Below are positions 52,901-64,000 of a DNA stretch of 64,000 nucleotides, piece after piece; within the stretch, counting starts at the first letter, position 1, and every line of letters starts with the position of its first letter. Origin of the DNA: the human T2T-CHM13v2.0 reference genome, Homo sapiens; the NCBI RefSeq assembly GCF_009914755.1, contig NC_060946.1. One strand, written 5' to 3'. Below the pieces are notes generated by a model. It was not told the DNA's origin. It made no database searches and worked only from the letters and a program-made list of their open reading frames with translations. The position numbers and the translations under genes were made by a program.

Positions 52901-55653
52901 GTAGAATTGAATGGTGTGGAGTGGAGTGGAATGGAATATACTGGATTGTAGTGAAGTGTAATGAACTGGAATTGAGTGGAGTACAACGAAATGGAATGGA
53001 GTGAATTCGAATAGAGTTGAATGTAATGGAGTGGAAGGAAATAGACTGGATTGTAGTGGAGTGTAACGGAATGGAATTGGGTGGAGTGCAATGCAATGGA
53101 ATGGAGTGAATTGGAATGGAGTGGAAAGGAATAGAGTGGAATGGAATGGAATGGAATGGAAAAGAAAGTAGTGGAAAGGAAAGGAATGGAGTCGAATGGA
53201 ATGGAATGGAAAGTAATGGAATTGAATGGAATGTAGTGGAGTGCAATGGAATGGAATGGAATGGAGAGGAGGGGATTGGATTGGAGTAGAGTATAGTGGA
53301 ATGCAATGGCATGGAACACAATGCAATGGAATGGAATGGAATGGAATGGAATACTAAAGAATGGTATGGAGTGAAGTGGAATTCAAAGGAATTTAATGCA
53401 GTGGGATGGAGTGGAGAGGAATGGAATGGAACGGAATAGAGTGGCATGGAATGGAACAGAAAGGAATGGATTGGAATGGAATGGAATGGAATGGAGTGGA
53501 TTGTTGTGGAATGGAATGGAGTGGAGTGGAATGGAATGGAGTGGAGTGGAACGGAATGGAATAGAATGGTATGGAATGCAATGGCATGGAATATAGTATA
53601 TTGGAGTGGAGTGAATTTGAGAGGAATGGAATGGAAAGAAATGGAATGTAGTGGAGTGGAGTGGTGTGGAGTGGAATGGAATGGAATGGAAGGGAATGGA
53701 GTGGAATGGAATGGAGAGCCACGGAATGAAGTCAAATGAAATGGAGTGGAATGGAATAAAATGAAATGGAGTGGAGTGGAATAGAATGGAATGGTATGGA
53801 ATGGAGTTGAGTGGCAATGAACGGAAGGGAATGGAATAGAATGAAATGGAGTGGAGTGGAGAGGACTGGAGTGGAATGGAAAGGAGTGTAATGGAGAGGA
53901 GTAGAATGGAGTGGAGTTGAATGGAATGGAGTGGAATGTAATGATGTGGAATGAAATTCAGTGGGTTGGAGTGGAATGAAATGGAATGGAATGAAATGGA
54001 GTGGGGTGGAGGGAAATGGAATTGATTGGAGTGGAATAGAATGGAATGGAATATAGTGGAGTAGAGGGGAGTGGTGTTGAGAAGATGATAATTGAATGGA
54101 ATGGAATGGAGTGGAGTGGAATGGGGTAGAGTGGAATGGAAATGAATGGAAAGGAACGGAATGGAGTGGACTGGAGATGAATGGAATGGAGTAGAGTGCA
54201 ATGGAATGGAAAGGAATAAATGGAAATGGAATGGATTGGAGTGGAGTAGAGTGGAGTGGAATGGAAAGGAATGGAATGGAAAGGAGTAGAGTGGATTGGA
54301 GTGGAATGGAATGGAATGCAATGGAATGGAATGGACTGAAATGGAATGGAATAGGGGAGCAGAGGAGTGAAGTAGAGTGGAGTGCAGGGCAGTAGACTGG
54401 AACGGAATGAAATGTAATGGAATGAGATGGAATGGAGTGGAGTGGAGTGGAATAGAATGGAATGGATTGGAGTGGAGTGGAATGGAGTGGAACGTAGAGG
54501 AGTGGAACGGAATGGAGTGGAATGGAATAGAGAGAAATGGAGTAAAGTGGAGTGCAATGGAATTGAGTGTAATGAAGTGAAGTGCAATGGAGTGGAATGG
54601 AGTGGAGTGGAATGGTAAAGAATGGAATGGAACGGAATGGATGAAATGGAATTGAATGGAATGGAATGGAATGAAATTCAATGGAATAGAATGAAATGGA
54701 ATGGATTGGAATGGAATGGAATGGAAAGGAATGGAATGGAATGAAATGGAATGGAATTGACTGAAATTGAATGGAATGGAACGGAATTGAAGGGAATGGA
54801 ATGGAGTTGAACGGAATGGAAGGGAATGGAATGGAATGGAAAGAAAAGGATTGGAATGGAATGGAATGGAATGTAAAGGAATGGAGCGAAGTGGAATGGA
54901 ATGGAATGGAATGGAGCGGAATGGAATGGAATGGAATGGAGTGGAATGGAATGGAATGGAATGGAATGGAATGGAATGGAGTGTAATGGAATGGAATGGA
55001 ACAACGTGGAATGAAATCGAAAGGAGTGGAGAGTAGTGGAATGGAATGGAATGGAGTGGAGCGGACTGGAGAGGAATGTAGTGGAATGGAGTGAAATGGA
55101 GTGGAATGGAATGTAGTGGAGTGGAATGGAATGGAGCAGAATGGAATGGAATGGAATGGAATGGATTGAAGTGGAGTGGAATTGAATGTTGTGAGGTGCA
55201 GTGGAATGGAATACACTGGATTGTAGTGGAGTGTAATGGAATGGAATTGAGTGGAGTGGAATCGAATTTAATACAGTGAATTCGAATGGAGTGGAAAGGA
55301 ATGGAGTGGAAACGTAAGAAATGCAACGGTATGTAATGACACGCAATGAAATGCAATGGACTGGAGTGGAATGGAATGGAATGGAATGGAATGGAATAGA
55401 GTGGAGTGAAGTGGAGTGGAGTCGAATGACATGGAGTGGAATGGGGTGGAGTGGAATCGAGTGGAGTGGAATGGAATGGAGTGGGATGGAATGGAATGGA
55501 GTGGATTTGAATGGAATGGAGTGGAGTGTAATGCTATGTAATGCAGTGGAATGGAATGGAGTGGGGTGGAATTTAATGGAGTGGATTGGAATGGAGTGGA
55601 GTGGAGTGTAATGCTATATAATGCAGTGGAATGGAATGTTGTGGAGTGTAGTA
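49934..55653 (+). repeat. 5.73-kb higher-order repeat, copy 2 (5720 bp)
   Basis: Same markers at 50526, 50846, 53716 and 55001. Identical 457-aa and 483-aa pseudo-ORF translations recur in the ORF track. Confidence 0.95.
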
Positions 55654-58600
55654 GAGTGGAATGGAATGGAATGGAATGGAGTGGAATGGAATGGAATGGA
55701 ATGGAATGGAATGGAAGGGAATGGAACGGAATGGAATGGAAAGGAGCAGAGTGGATTGGAGTGGAACAGAATGGAATGGAATGGAATGGAATAAAAGAGT
55801 GGAGGAGTGAAGTAGAGTGGAGTGCAGTACAGTAAACTGGAATGGAATGGAATGGAATGAAATGGAATGGAGAGGAGTATAGTGGAATAGAATGGAATGG
55901 AGTGGATTGGAGTGGAATGGAGTGGAATGCACTGGAGTGGAATGGAATGTAGTGGAATGGAATACTGTGGGATGGAGTATAGTGGAGTGCAATGGAATTG
56001 AATGTAATGAAGTGAAGCGGAATGGAGTGGAATGGAGTCGAGTGGAGTGGAATGGAATGGGAGGGAATGAAATGGAATGGAATGGAATGGAATCGAATGG
56101 AATGGAATGGAATGAAAAGGAATGGAACGGAATAGAATGGAACGGAATGGAATGGAAAGTGTGGAGTGGAGTGGTGTGGAATGTAATTGAATGCAATGGA
56201 GTGGAATGGAATAAAACAGAGTGGAATGGCATGGAATGGAGTGGAAAGGAGTCTCATTGAATAGAATGGAGTCTAATGGAATGGATTGCAATGGAGTGCA
56301 TTGGAACGGAATGGAATGGAATGGAATGGAATTAAATGGAATGGAATGGAACGGAATGGAATGGAATGCAATGGAATGGAATGGAGTTGAGTGCAATGGA
56401 ATTGAATGGAATGGAACGGAATGGAGTGGACTGGAAAGGAATGGATTGGAGTAGAGTGGAATGGAATGGAATGGAATAAACTGTAATGGAATGGATCAGA
56501 TTGGAGTCGAGAGGAGTGGAATGGAATGTAATGGAACAGAATGGAACGGACTGGAATGGAATGGAATAGAGGAGCGAAGGAGTGAAAGAGTGTGGTGGGC
56601 ACAGCAGTAGACTGGAATGTAATGGAATGGAATGGAATGAAATGGATGGGAGTGGAGTGGAGTGGAATAGAATGGAATGGAGTGGAGTGGAGTGGAATGG
56701 AGTGGAATGCAGTGAAGTGGAATGGAATGTTGTGGAATGGAATAGAGTGGATTGGAGTAAATTAGAGTGCAATGGAATTGATTGTAATGTAGTGAAGTGG
56801 AATGGAGTGGAATGGAATGGAGTGGAATGGAATGGAGTGGAATGGAATGGAATGGAATGGAGTGGAATGGAATGGAATGGAATGAATTAAATGGAATTGA
56901 ATTGAATGGATTGGAATGGAATGAAATGGAATGGAACAGAATGAAATGGAATGGAAGGGAATGAAAAGTAATGGAATGGAATGGAAAGGAATGGAAAGGA
57001 ATGGAATGGAATGGAATGGAATGGAATGGAATGGAATGGAATGCAATGAAGCAGAAAGGAATGAAAAGGAATGGAATGGTATCCAATGGAATGGAATGAA
57101 AAGGAATGGAATGGAATGGAATGGAATGGAATGGAATGGAATGGAACGGAACGGAACGGAACAGAACGGAATGGAATGAAGTGGAATGGAATGGAATGGA
57201 ATGAAGAGTAAAGGAATGCAATGGAATGACATGGAATGGAATGGAATAGAATGGAGTGGAGAGTAGTGGAATGGAATGGAATGGAGTGAAGCGGAGTGGA
57301 GAGGAGTGTAGTGGAAAGGAGTGGAATGGAGTGGAATGGAATGGAGTGGAGGGGAATGGAATGGAGTGGAATGGAATGGATTGGAACAGAGTGGATTGAA
57401 GTGGAGTGGAATTAAATGTTTTGGAGTGCAGTGGAATGGAAAAGACTGGATTGTAGTGGAGTGTTAAGGAATGGAATTGAGTGGAGAGGAATTGAATGAA
57501 ATGGCGTGGATAGGAATGGAGTGGAAGGGAATGGAGTGGAATGGTAAGGAATGGAATTGATTGGAATGACAAGCAATGGAATGGAATGGACTGGAGTGGA
57601 ATGGAATGGAAAGGAATGCAATGGAAAGGAATGGAATACAATGGAATGGAATGGAATTGGACGGAGTAGAGTGGAGTGTAGTGGAAAGGATTAATATGGA
57701 ATGGAATGGAACTGTATGTAATGGAATTTAATAGAGGAGCGGAGGAGTGGAGTAGAGTGTAGTACAGTTGAGTGGACTTCAATAGCGTGGAATGTCATGG
57801 AGTAAACCGTAACGGAATGGAGTAGAGTGGAATGGAATGGAGTGGAGTTTAGTGGAATGGAGTGGAATGAAGTGTGGTGGAATGGAATGGAATGAAATGG
57901 AATGGAGTGGAGTGGAATGGAGTGGAGTTGAATAGAGTGGAGTTGATAGGAAGGCAGTGGAATGGAATAGAGTGGAATGGAGTGGAGTGGAGTGGAATGG
58001 AATTGAGTGGAATGAAGTGAAGTGGAATTTAGTAAAATGGAGTGGAGAGGAATGGAATGGAATGGAATGGATTGAAATGGAAGGAAATGGAATGGAATGG
58101 AATGGAATAGAATGGAATGGAACGGAGTGGAGTGGAATGAAGTGGACTGCAGTGGAATGGAATGGATTGGAGTGGAGTTGAATGGGATGGAATGAAATGG
58201 AATGGAATGGAATGGAATGGAATGGAATGGAACGGAATGGAATGGAATGCAGTGGAATGGAATAGATTGGAGTTGCTTAGAGTGGATTGGAATAGAATGC
58301 AATGGATTGGATTGGAATGGAATGGAAGGGAATGGTATGGAATGAAAGGGAATGGAATGGAATGGAAAGGAATGGAATAGAGTGGAAGGAATTGAGAGGA
58401 ATGAAGAAAAGTGGAATGGAGTAGGATGGAGTGGAGAGGAATGGAATGGTATGTAATGGAACGTAATAGAATAGAATGGAGTGGATTGGAGTGGAATGGA
58501 ATGGAATGGAGTGGAGAGGAATGGAGTGGAACAGAGTGGAATGGAGAGGAATGCAACGGAGATGAGTGGAAGGGAGTGGAGTTGTATGTAATGCAGTGGA

Positions 58601-61420
58601 ACGGAATGGTTTGGAGTGGACTGTAATGGAATGGATTGGTGTGGAGTAGAATTGAATGGTGTGGAGTGGAGTGGAATGGAATATACTGGATTGTAGTGAA
58701 GTGTAATGAACTGGAATTGAGTGGAGTACAACGAAATGGAATGGAGTGAATTCGAATAGAGTTGAATGTAATGGAGTGGAAGGAAATAGACTGGATTGTA
58801 GTGGAGTGTAACGGAATGGAATTGGGTGGAGTGCAATGCAATGGAATGGAGTGAATTGGAATGGAGTGGAAAGGAATAGAGTGGAATGGAATGGAATGGA
58901 ATGGAAAAGAAAGTAGTGGAAAGGAAAGGAATGGAGTCGAATGGAATGGAATGGAAAGTAATGGAATTGAATGGAATGTAGTGGAGTGCAATGGAATGGA
59001 ATGGAATGGAGAGGAGGGGATTGGATTGGAGTAGAGTATAGTGGAATGCAATGGCATGGAACACAATGCAATGGAATGGAATGGAATGGAATGGAATACT
59101 AAAGAATGGTATGGAGTGAAGTGGAATTCAAAGGAATTTAATGCAGTGGGATGGAGTGGAGAGGAATGGAATGGAACGGAATAGAGTGGCATGGAATGGA
59201 ACAGAAAGGAATGGATTGGAATGGAATGGAATGGAATGGAGTGGATTGTTGTGGAATGGAATGGAGTGGAGTGGAATGGAATGGAGTGGAGTGGAACGGA
59301 ATGGAATAGAATGGTATGGAATGCAATGGCATGGAATATAGTATATTGGAGTGGAGTGAATTTGAGAGGAATGGAATGGAAAGAAATGGAATGTAGTGGA
59401 GTGGAGTGGTGTGGAGTGGAATGGAATGGAATGGAAGGGAATGGAGTGGAATGGAATGGAGAGCCACGGAATGAAGTCAAATGAAATGGAGTGGAATGGA
59501 ATAAAATGAAATGGAGTGGAGTGGAATAGAATGGAATGGTATGGAATGGAGTTGAGTGGCAATGAACGGAAGGGAATGGAATAGAATGAAATGGAGTGGA
59601 GTGGAGAGGACTGGAGTGGAATGGAAAGGAGTGTAATGGAGAGGAGTAGAATGGAGTGGAGTTGAATGGAATGGAGTGGAATGTAATGATGTGGAATGAA
59701 ATTCAGTGGGTTGGAGTGGAATGAAATGGAATGGAATGAAATGGAGTGGGGTGGAGGGAAATGGAATTGATTGGAGTGGAATAGAATGGAATGGAATATA
59801 GTGGAGTAGAGGGGAGTGGTGTTGAGAAGATGGTAATTGAATGGAATGGAATGGAGTGGAGTGGAATGGGGTAGAGTGGAATGGAAATGAATGGAAAGGA
59901 ACGGAATGGAGTGGACTGGAGATGAATGGAATGGAGTAGAGTGCAATGGAATGGAAAGGAATAAATGGAAATGGAATGGATTGGAGTGGAGTAGAGTGGA
60001 GTGGAATGGAAAGGAATGGAATGGAAAGGAGTAGAGTGGATTGGAGTGGAATGGAATGGAATGCAATGGAATGGAATGGACTGAAATGGAATGGAATAGG
60101 GGAGCAGAGGAGTGAAGTAGAGTGGAGTGCAGGGCAGTAGACTGGAACGGAATGAAATGTAATGGAATGAGATGGAATGGAGTGGAGTGGAGTGGAATAG
60201 AATGGAATGGATTGGAGTGGAGTGGAATGGAGTGGAACGTAGAGGAGTGGAACGGAATGGAGTGGAATGGAATAGAGAGAAATGGAGTAAAGTGGAGTGC
60301 AATGGAATTGAGTGTAATGAAGTGAAGTGCAATGGAGTGGAATGGAGTGGAGTGGAATGGTAAAGAATGGAATGGAACGGAATGGATGAAATGGAATTGA
60401 ATGGAATGGAATGGAATGAAATTCAATGGAATAGAATGAAATGGAATGGATTGGAATGGAATGGAATGGAAAGGAATGGAATGGAATGAAATGGAATGGA
60501 ATTGACTGAAATTGAATGGAATGGAACGGAATTGAAGGGAATGGAATGGAGTTGAACGGAATGGAAGGGAATGGAATGGAATGGAAAGAAAAGGATTGGA
60601 ATGGAATGGAATGGAATGTAAAGGAATGGAGCGAAGTGGAATGGAATGGAATGGAATGGAGCGGAATGGAATGGAATGGAATGGAGTGGAATGGAATGGA
60701 ATGGAATGGAATGGAGTGTAATGGAATGGAATGGAACAACGTGGAATGAAATCGAAAGGAGTGGAGAGTAGTGGAATGGAATGGAATGGAGTGGAGCGGA
60801 CTGGAGAGGAATGTAGTGGAATGGAGTGAAATGGAGTGGAATGGAATGTAGTGGAGTGGAATGGAATGGAGCAGAATGGAATGGAATGGAATGGAATGGA
60901 TTGAAGTGGAGTGGAATTGAATGTTGTGAGGTGCAGTGGAATGGAATACACTGGATTGTAGTGGAGTGTAATGGAATGGAATTGAGTGGAGTGGAATCGA
61001 ATTTAATACAGTGAATTCGAATGGAGTGGAAAGGAATGGAGTGGAAACGTAAGAAATGCAACGGTATGTAATGACACGCAATGAAATGCAATGGACTGGA
61101 GTGGAATGGAATGGAATGGAATGGAATGGAATGGAATAGAGTGGAGTGAAGTGGAGTGGAGTCGAATGACATGGAGTGGAATGGGGTGGAGTGGAATCGA
61201 GTGGAGTGGAATGGAATGGAGTGGGATGGAATGGAATGGAGTGGATTTGAATGGAATGGAGTGGAGTGTAATGCTATGTAATGCAGTGGAATGGAATGGA
61301 GTGGGGTGGAATTTAATGGAGTGGATTGGAATGGAGTGGAGTGGAGTGTAATGCTATATAATGCAGTGGAATGGAATGTTGTGGAGTGTAGTAGAGTGGA
61401 ATGGAATGGAATGGAATGGA
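55654..61420 (+). repeat. 5.73-kb higher-order repeat, copy 3 (5740 bp) plus 27-bp junction homology (61394-61420)
   Basis: Same markers at 56251, 56571, 59461 and 60736. Identity to the unit start ends at 61420. Confidence 0.95.
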
Positions 61421-64000
61421 ATGTAATGGAATGGAATGGAATGGAATGGAATGGAATGGAATGGAATGGAATTGGACGGAGTAGAGAGGAGTGTAGTGGA
61501 ATGGAATACTGTGGAATGGAATGGAACGTTATGTAATGGAATTGAATAGAGGAACGTAGGAGTGGAGTAGAGTGTAGTAAAGTGGAGTGGACTTGAATAG
61601 AGTAGAATGTGATGTCATAAAACGGAATGGAGTGGAGTGGAGTGGAATGGAATGGAGTGGAGTGGAGTGGAATAGAGTGTAATGAAGTGTGGTGGAATGG
61701 AATGGAATGGAATGGAATGGAATGGAATTTAATGGAGGGGAGTGGAGTGCAATGGAATTGAAATGAAAGGAATGGAAAGGGAATGGAAACGAAATGGAAT
61801 GGAATGGAATGGAGTGGAGTGGAGTGCAGTGGAGTGGAATAGATTTGAATGGAATGGAGATTAATGGAATGGAATTAAATGGAATGGAATGGAGCGGAAA
61901 GGAATGGAATGGATTCGAGTGGAATGGAATGGAATTAAATAGAGTGGAGGGGAGTTGAGTCAAGTAGAGTGGAATGGAATGGTATGAGGTGGAATGGAAT
62001 GGAGAGGAGGAGTGTGGAGTGGAGTGGAGTGGACTGGAATGGAATAGAATGGAATGGAATAGAATGGAAATGAATGGAATTAAGTAGAGTGGAGTGGAAC
62101 GGAATGGCATGGAATGGAGTGGAGTGGCGTGGAATGGAATGGAATGGAGATGAATGGAAAGAAATCGAATGGAATGGAGACGAGTGCAAAAGAATGGAAT
62201 GGAATCAAGTGGAATGGAATGAAGTGGAGTGGAGTGGAATGGAATGGATTGTAATGGAATGGAAAGACATGGAGATGAAAGGAATGGAATGGAATGAAAT
62301 GGAATGGAATGGAATCGAATGGAATGCAATAGAACGGAGTGGATATTAATGGAAGGGAATGGCATGGAATGGAGTGGAATCGAGTGAAGTGGTGTGGAAT
62401 AGAATGGAAAGGAATGGAGGGGAATGACATGGAATGGAATGGAATAGAGTGGAGTGGAACAGAAGGGAGAGGAGAGGAGTGGAAAGGAGTGCACTGGAAA
62501 GGAGAGGATGGGAATGGAATGGAAATAAATGCAATGGAACGGAGTGGAACGGAATGGAAAGAATGGAATGGAATGGAATGGACAGTAGTGGAGTGGAGTG
62601 GATTGGAGTTGAGTGGACTGGAATGTAATAGAATGGAATGGAAAGGAAAGGAATTGAATGGAATGCAGTGGTTTGTTGTAGAATGGAATGGAATGTAACA
62701 GTGAGGAATGTAGTAGAGTGAGGTAGAATGGAAAGGAAGGGGGTGGAAATTATAAAATTGGAATGGAATGGAATGGAATGTATTGGAATGGAATGGAACA
62801 GGGTGGAATGGGATGGAATGGACTTGAGGGGAATGGAATGGAATGGATGTGAATGGAATGCAATGGACAGGAGGGGAGAGGAACGGAGTGGAGAGGAGTG
62901 GAATGGAAAGAAATGGAATGCAATGGAGTGGAATAGAATGGAGTGGAATGTTGAGGAGTTGAGTGGAATGGAATGAAATGTAGTGAAATGGAATGGAATG
63001 GAGAGAAATGGAATCGAATGGAATGGAATAGAATGGGATGGAAAGGAATGGAATTGTGTGGAGTGCAGTGGAATGGAATAGATTGGAGTGGAATGCAGTG
63101 CATTTGAATGGAATGGAATGGAGTGCAATTTGATGTACTGGAGTGGAGAGAAGCGGAGTGGAGTGGAGTGAAGTGGAATGCAATGGAATGCAATGGAATT
63201 GCATGCGATGGAATGGAGTGGAGTGCAGTGGAATGGAAAGGAATGGATTGGAATTGAGTGGAATGGAATGGAGTGTTATAGAAAGGAGTGGAATGGAGTT
63301 GAGTGGAATGTAATCTAATGGAATGGAAAGAAATGGAGTGGAATGGGGTGCATTGGAGTGGAATGGAATGGAATGGAGTGAAATGAAGATCAATGGAATG
63401 GAATGGAGTGGATTGGAGAGGAGAGGAGTGGAATGGAACGGAATGGAATGGAATAAAGTGGAATAAAATGGAGTGGAGTGGAGTGGAATGGAGAGGAGTG
63501 GAATGGAATGCAATGGAATGGAATGCCATGGAATGGAATTTAGTGGAGTGGAGTTGAGTGGAATGGAATGGAATGCATTGTAGTACAATGGAATAGAGTA
63601 GATTGGGATGGAATGGAATGGAGTGGAATGGAGTGGATTGGAGTGGAATGGAATGGAATTGATTGGAACAGAATGGAATGGAGTAGAGAGGAGAGGAGTG
63701 GAATGGAATTGAGTTGAAAGAAGTGAAGTGGAATGGAGTGGAATGGAGTGGATTGGAATGGAAAAGATTGGATTGCAATGGAATTTAATGGAATGAAATT
63801 GAATGGATTGGAATGGTATTAAATGCAATGGAATGGAATAGAATCGAGTGGAGTGGAGTGGAATGTAATGTCATGGAGTGGAGCAGAGAGGAGAGGAATG
63901 GAGTGTAATACAGTGGCATGGAGTGGAATGGGATGGAGTGTAGTGGAATTCAATGGAGCCGAATGGAATGGAATGGAATGGAATGGATTGAAGTGGGATG

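Larger units (their letters stand above)
1..64000 (+). repeat. Satellite III (HSat3)-type array, diverged (GGAAT)n, G-rich strand on +, single orientation throughout
   Basis: Every line parses as GGAAT pentamers or 1-2 nt variants. No ATTCC-oriented block and no non-satellite insert were seen. Assignment to primate satellite III rests on the known (GGAAT/ATTCC)n consensus. Confidence 0.97.
36361..64000 (+). repeat. HSat3 domain B2: GGAGT/GGAAT mixed dialect
   Basis: Starts at tggagaggagtggagaggagtggagt (36361) and stays GGAGT-rich to the window end. Confidence 0.88.

Noticed and set aside
10-63828. Hundreds of ORFs (up to 759 aa) in the six-frame track
   Set aside because: They are translations of a 5-bp repeat that gives the same MEWNG or HSIPF peptide in all frames. 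They overlap on both strands, have no domains and mostly use non-ATG starts.
1-64000. Assignment to HSat2, telomeric repeat or DYZ1
   Set aside because: It lacks the HSat2 ATCATCGAATGG-type pattern and TTAGGG, and shows no homogeneous 3.56-kb tandem period. A specific subfamily or chromosome cannot be called without a database search.
1-64000. Inversion or strand-switch breakpoints
   Set aside because: No run of ATTCC-oriented pentamers was seen on the + strand.

Overview
The whole 64 kb window is one uninterrupted, single-orientation block of primate satellite III-type DNA (HSat3, diverged (GGAAT)n on +, (ATTCC)n on -). It is most likely human or great-ape pericentromeric or acrocentric heterochromatin; the species and chromosome cannot be fixed from sequence alone. 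I see no genes, RNA genes, transposons, CRISPR arrays or foreign inserts, and every ORF in the track is a pentamer translation artefact (MEWNG / HSIPF). The interest lies in the hidden architecture. (1) Two pentamer dialects alternate with sharp borders: A is CpG-rich (GGACT/CGAAT/GGTCT; 1-~8430 and ~20625-~36360) and B is GGAGT-rich and CpG-poor (~8435-~20620 and ~36360-64000). (2) A very recent near-perfect triplication of a ~5.73-kb unit spans 44204-61420, and its third copy is mosaic. (3) A nested ABAB duplication (0.4 kb inside ~1.3 kb) lies at ~27880-30500. (4) Older diverged higher-order repeats and long-range collinear homology at a ~31-35 kb offset suggest an ancient (A-B)(A-B) duplication. 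(5) Perfect and near-perfect heat-shock elements were found only in dialect A. All alignments were done by eye, so coordinates of the diverged homologies are approximate.
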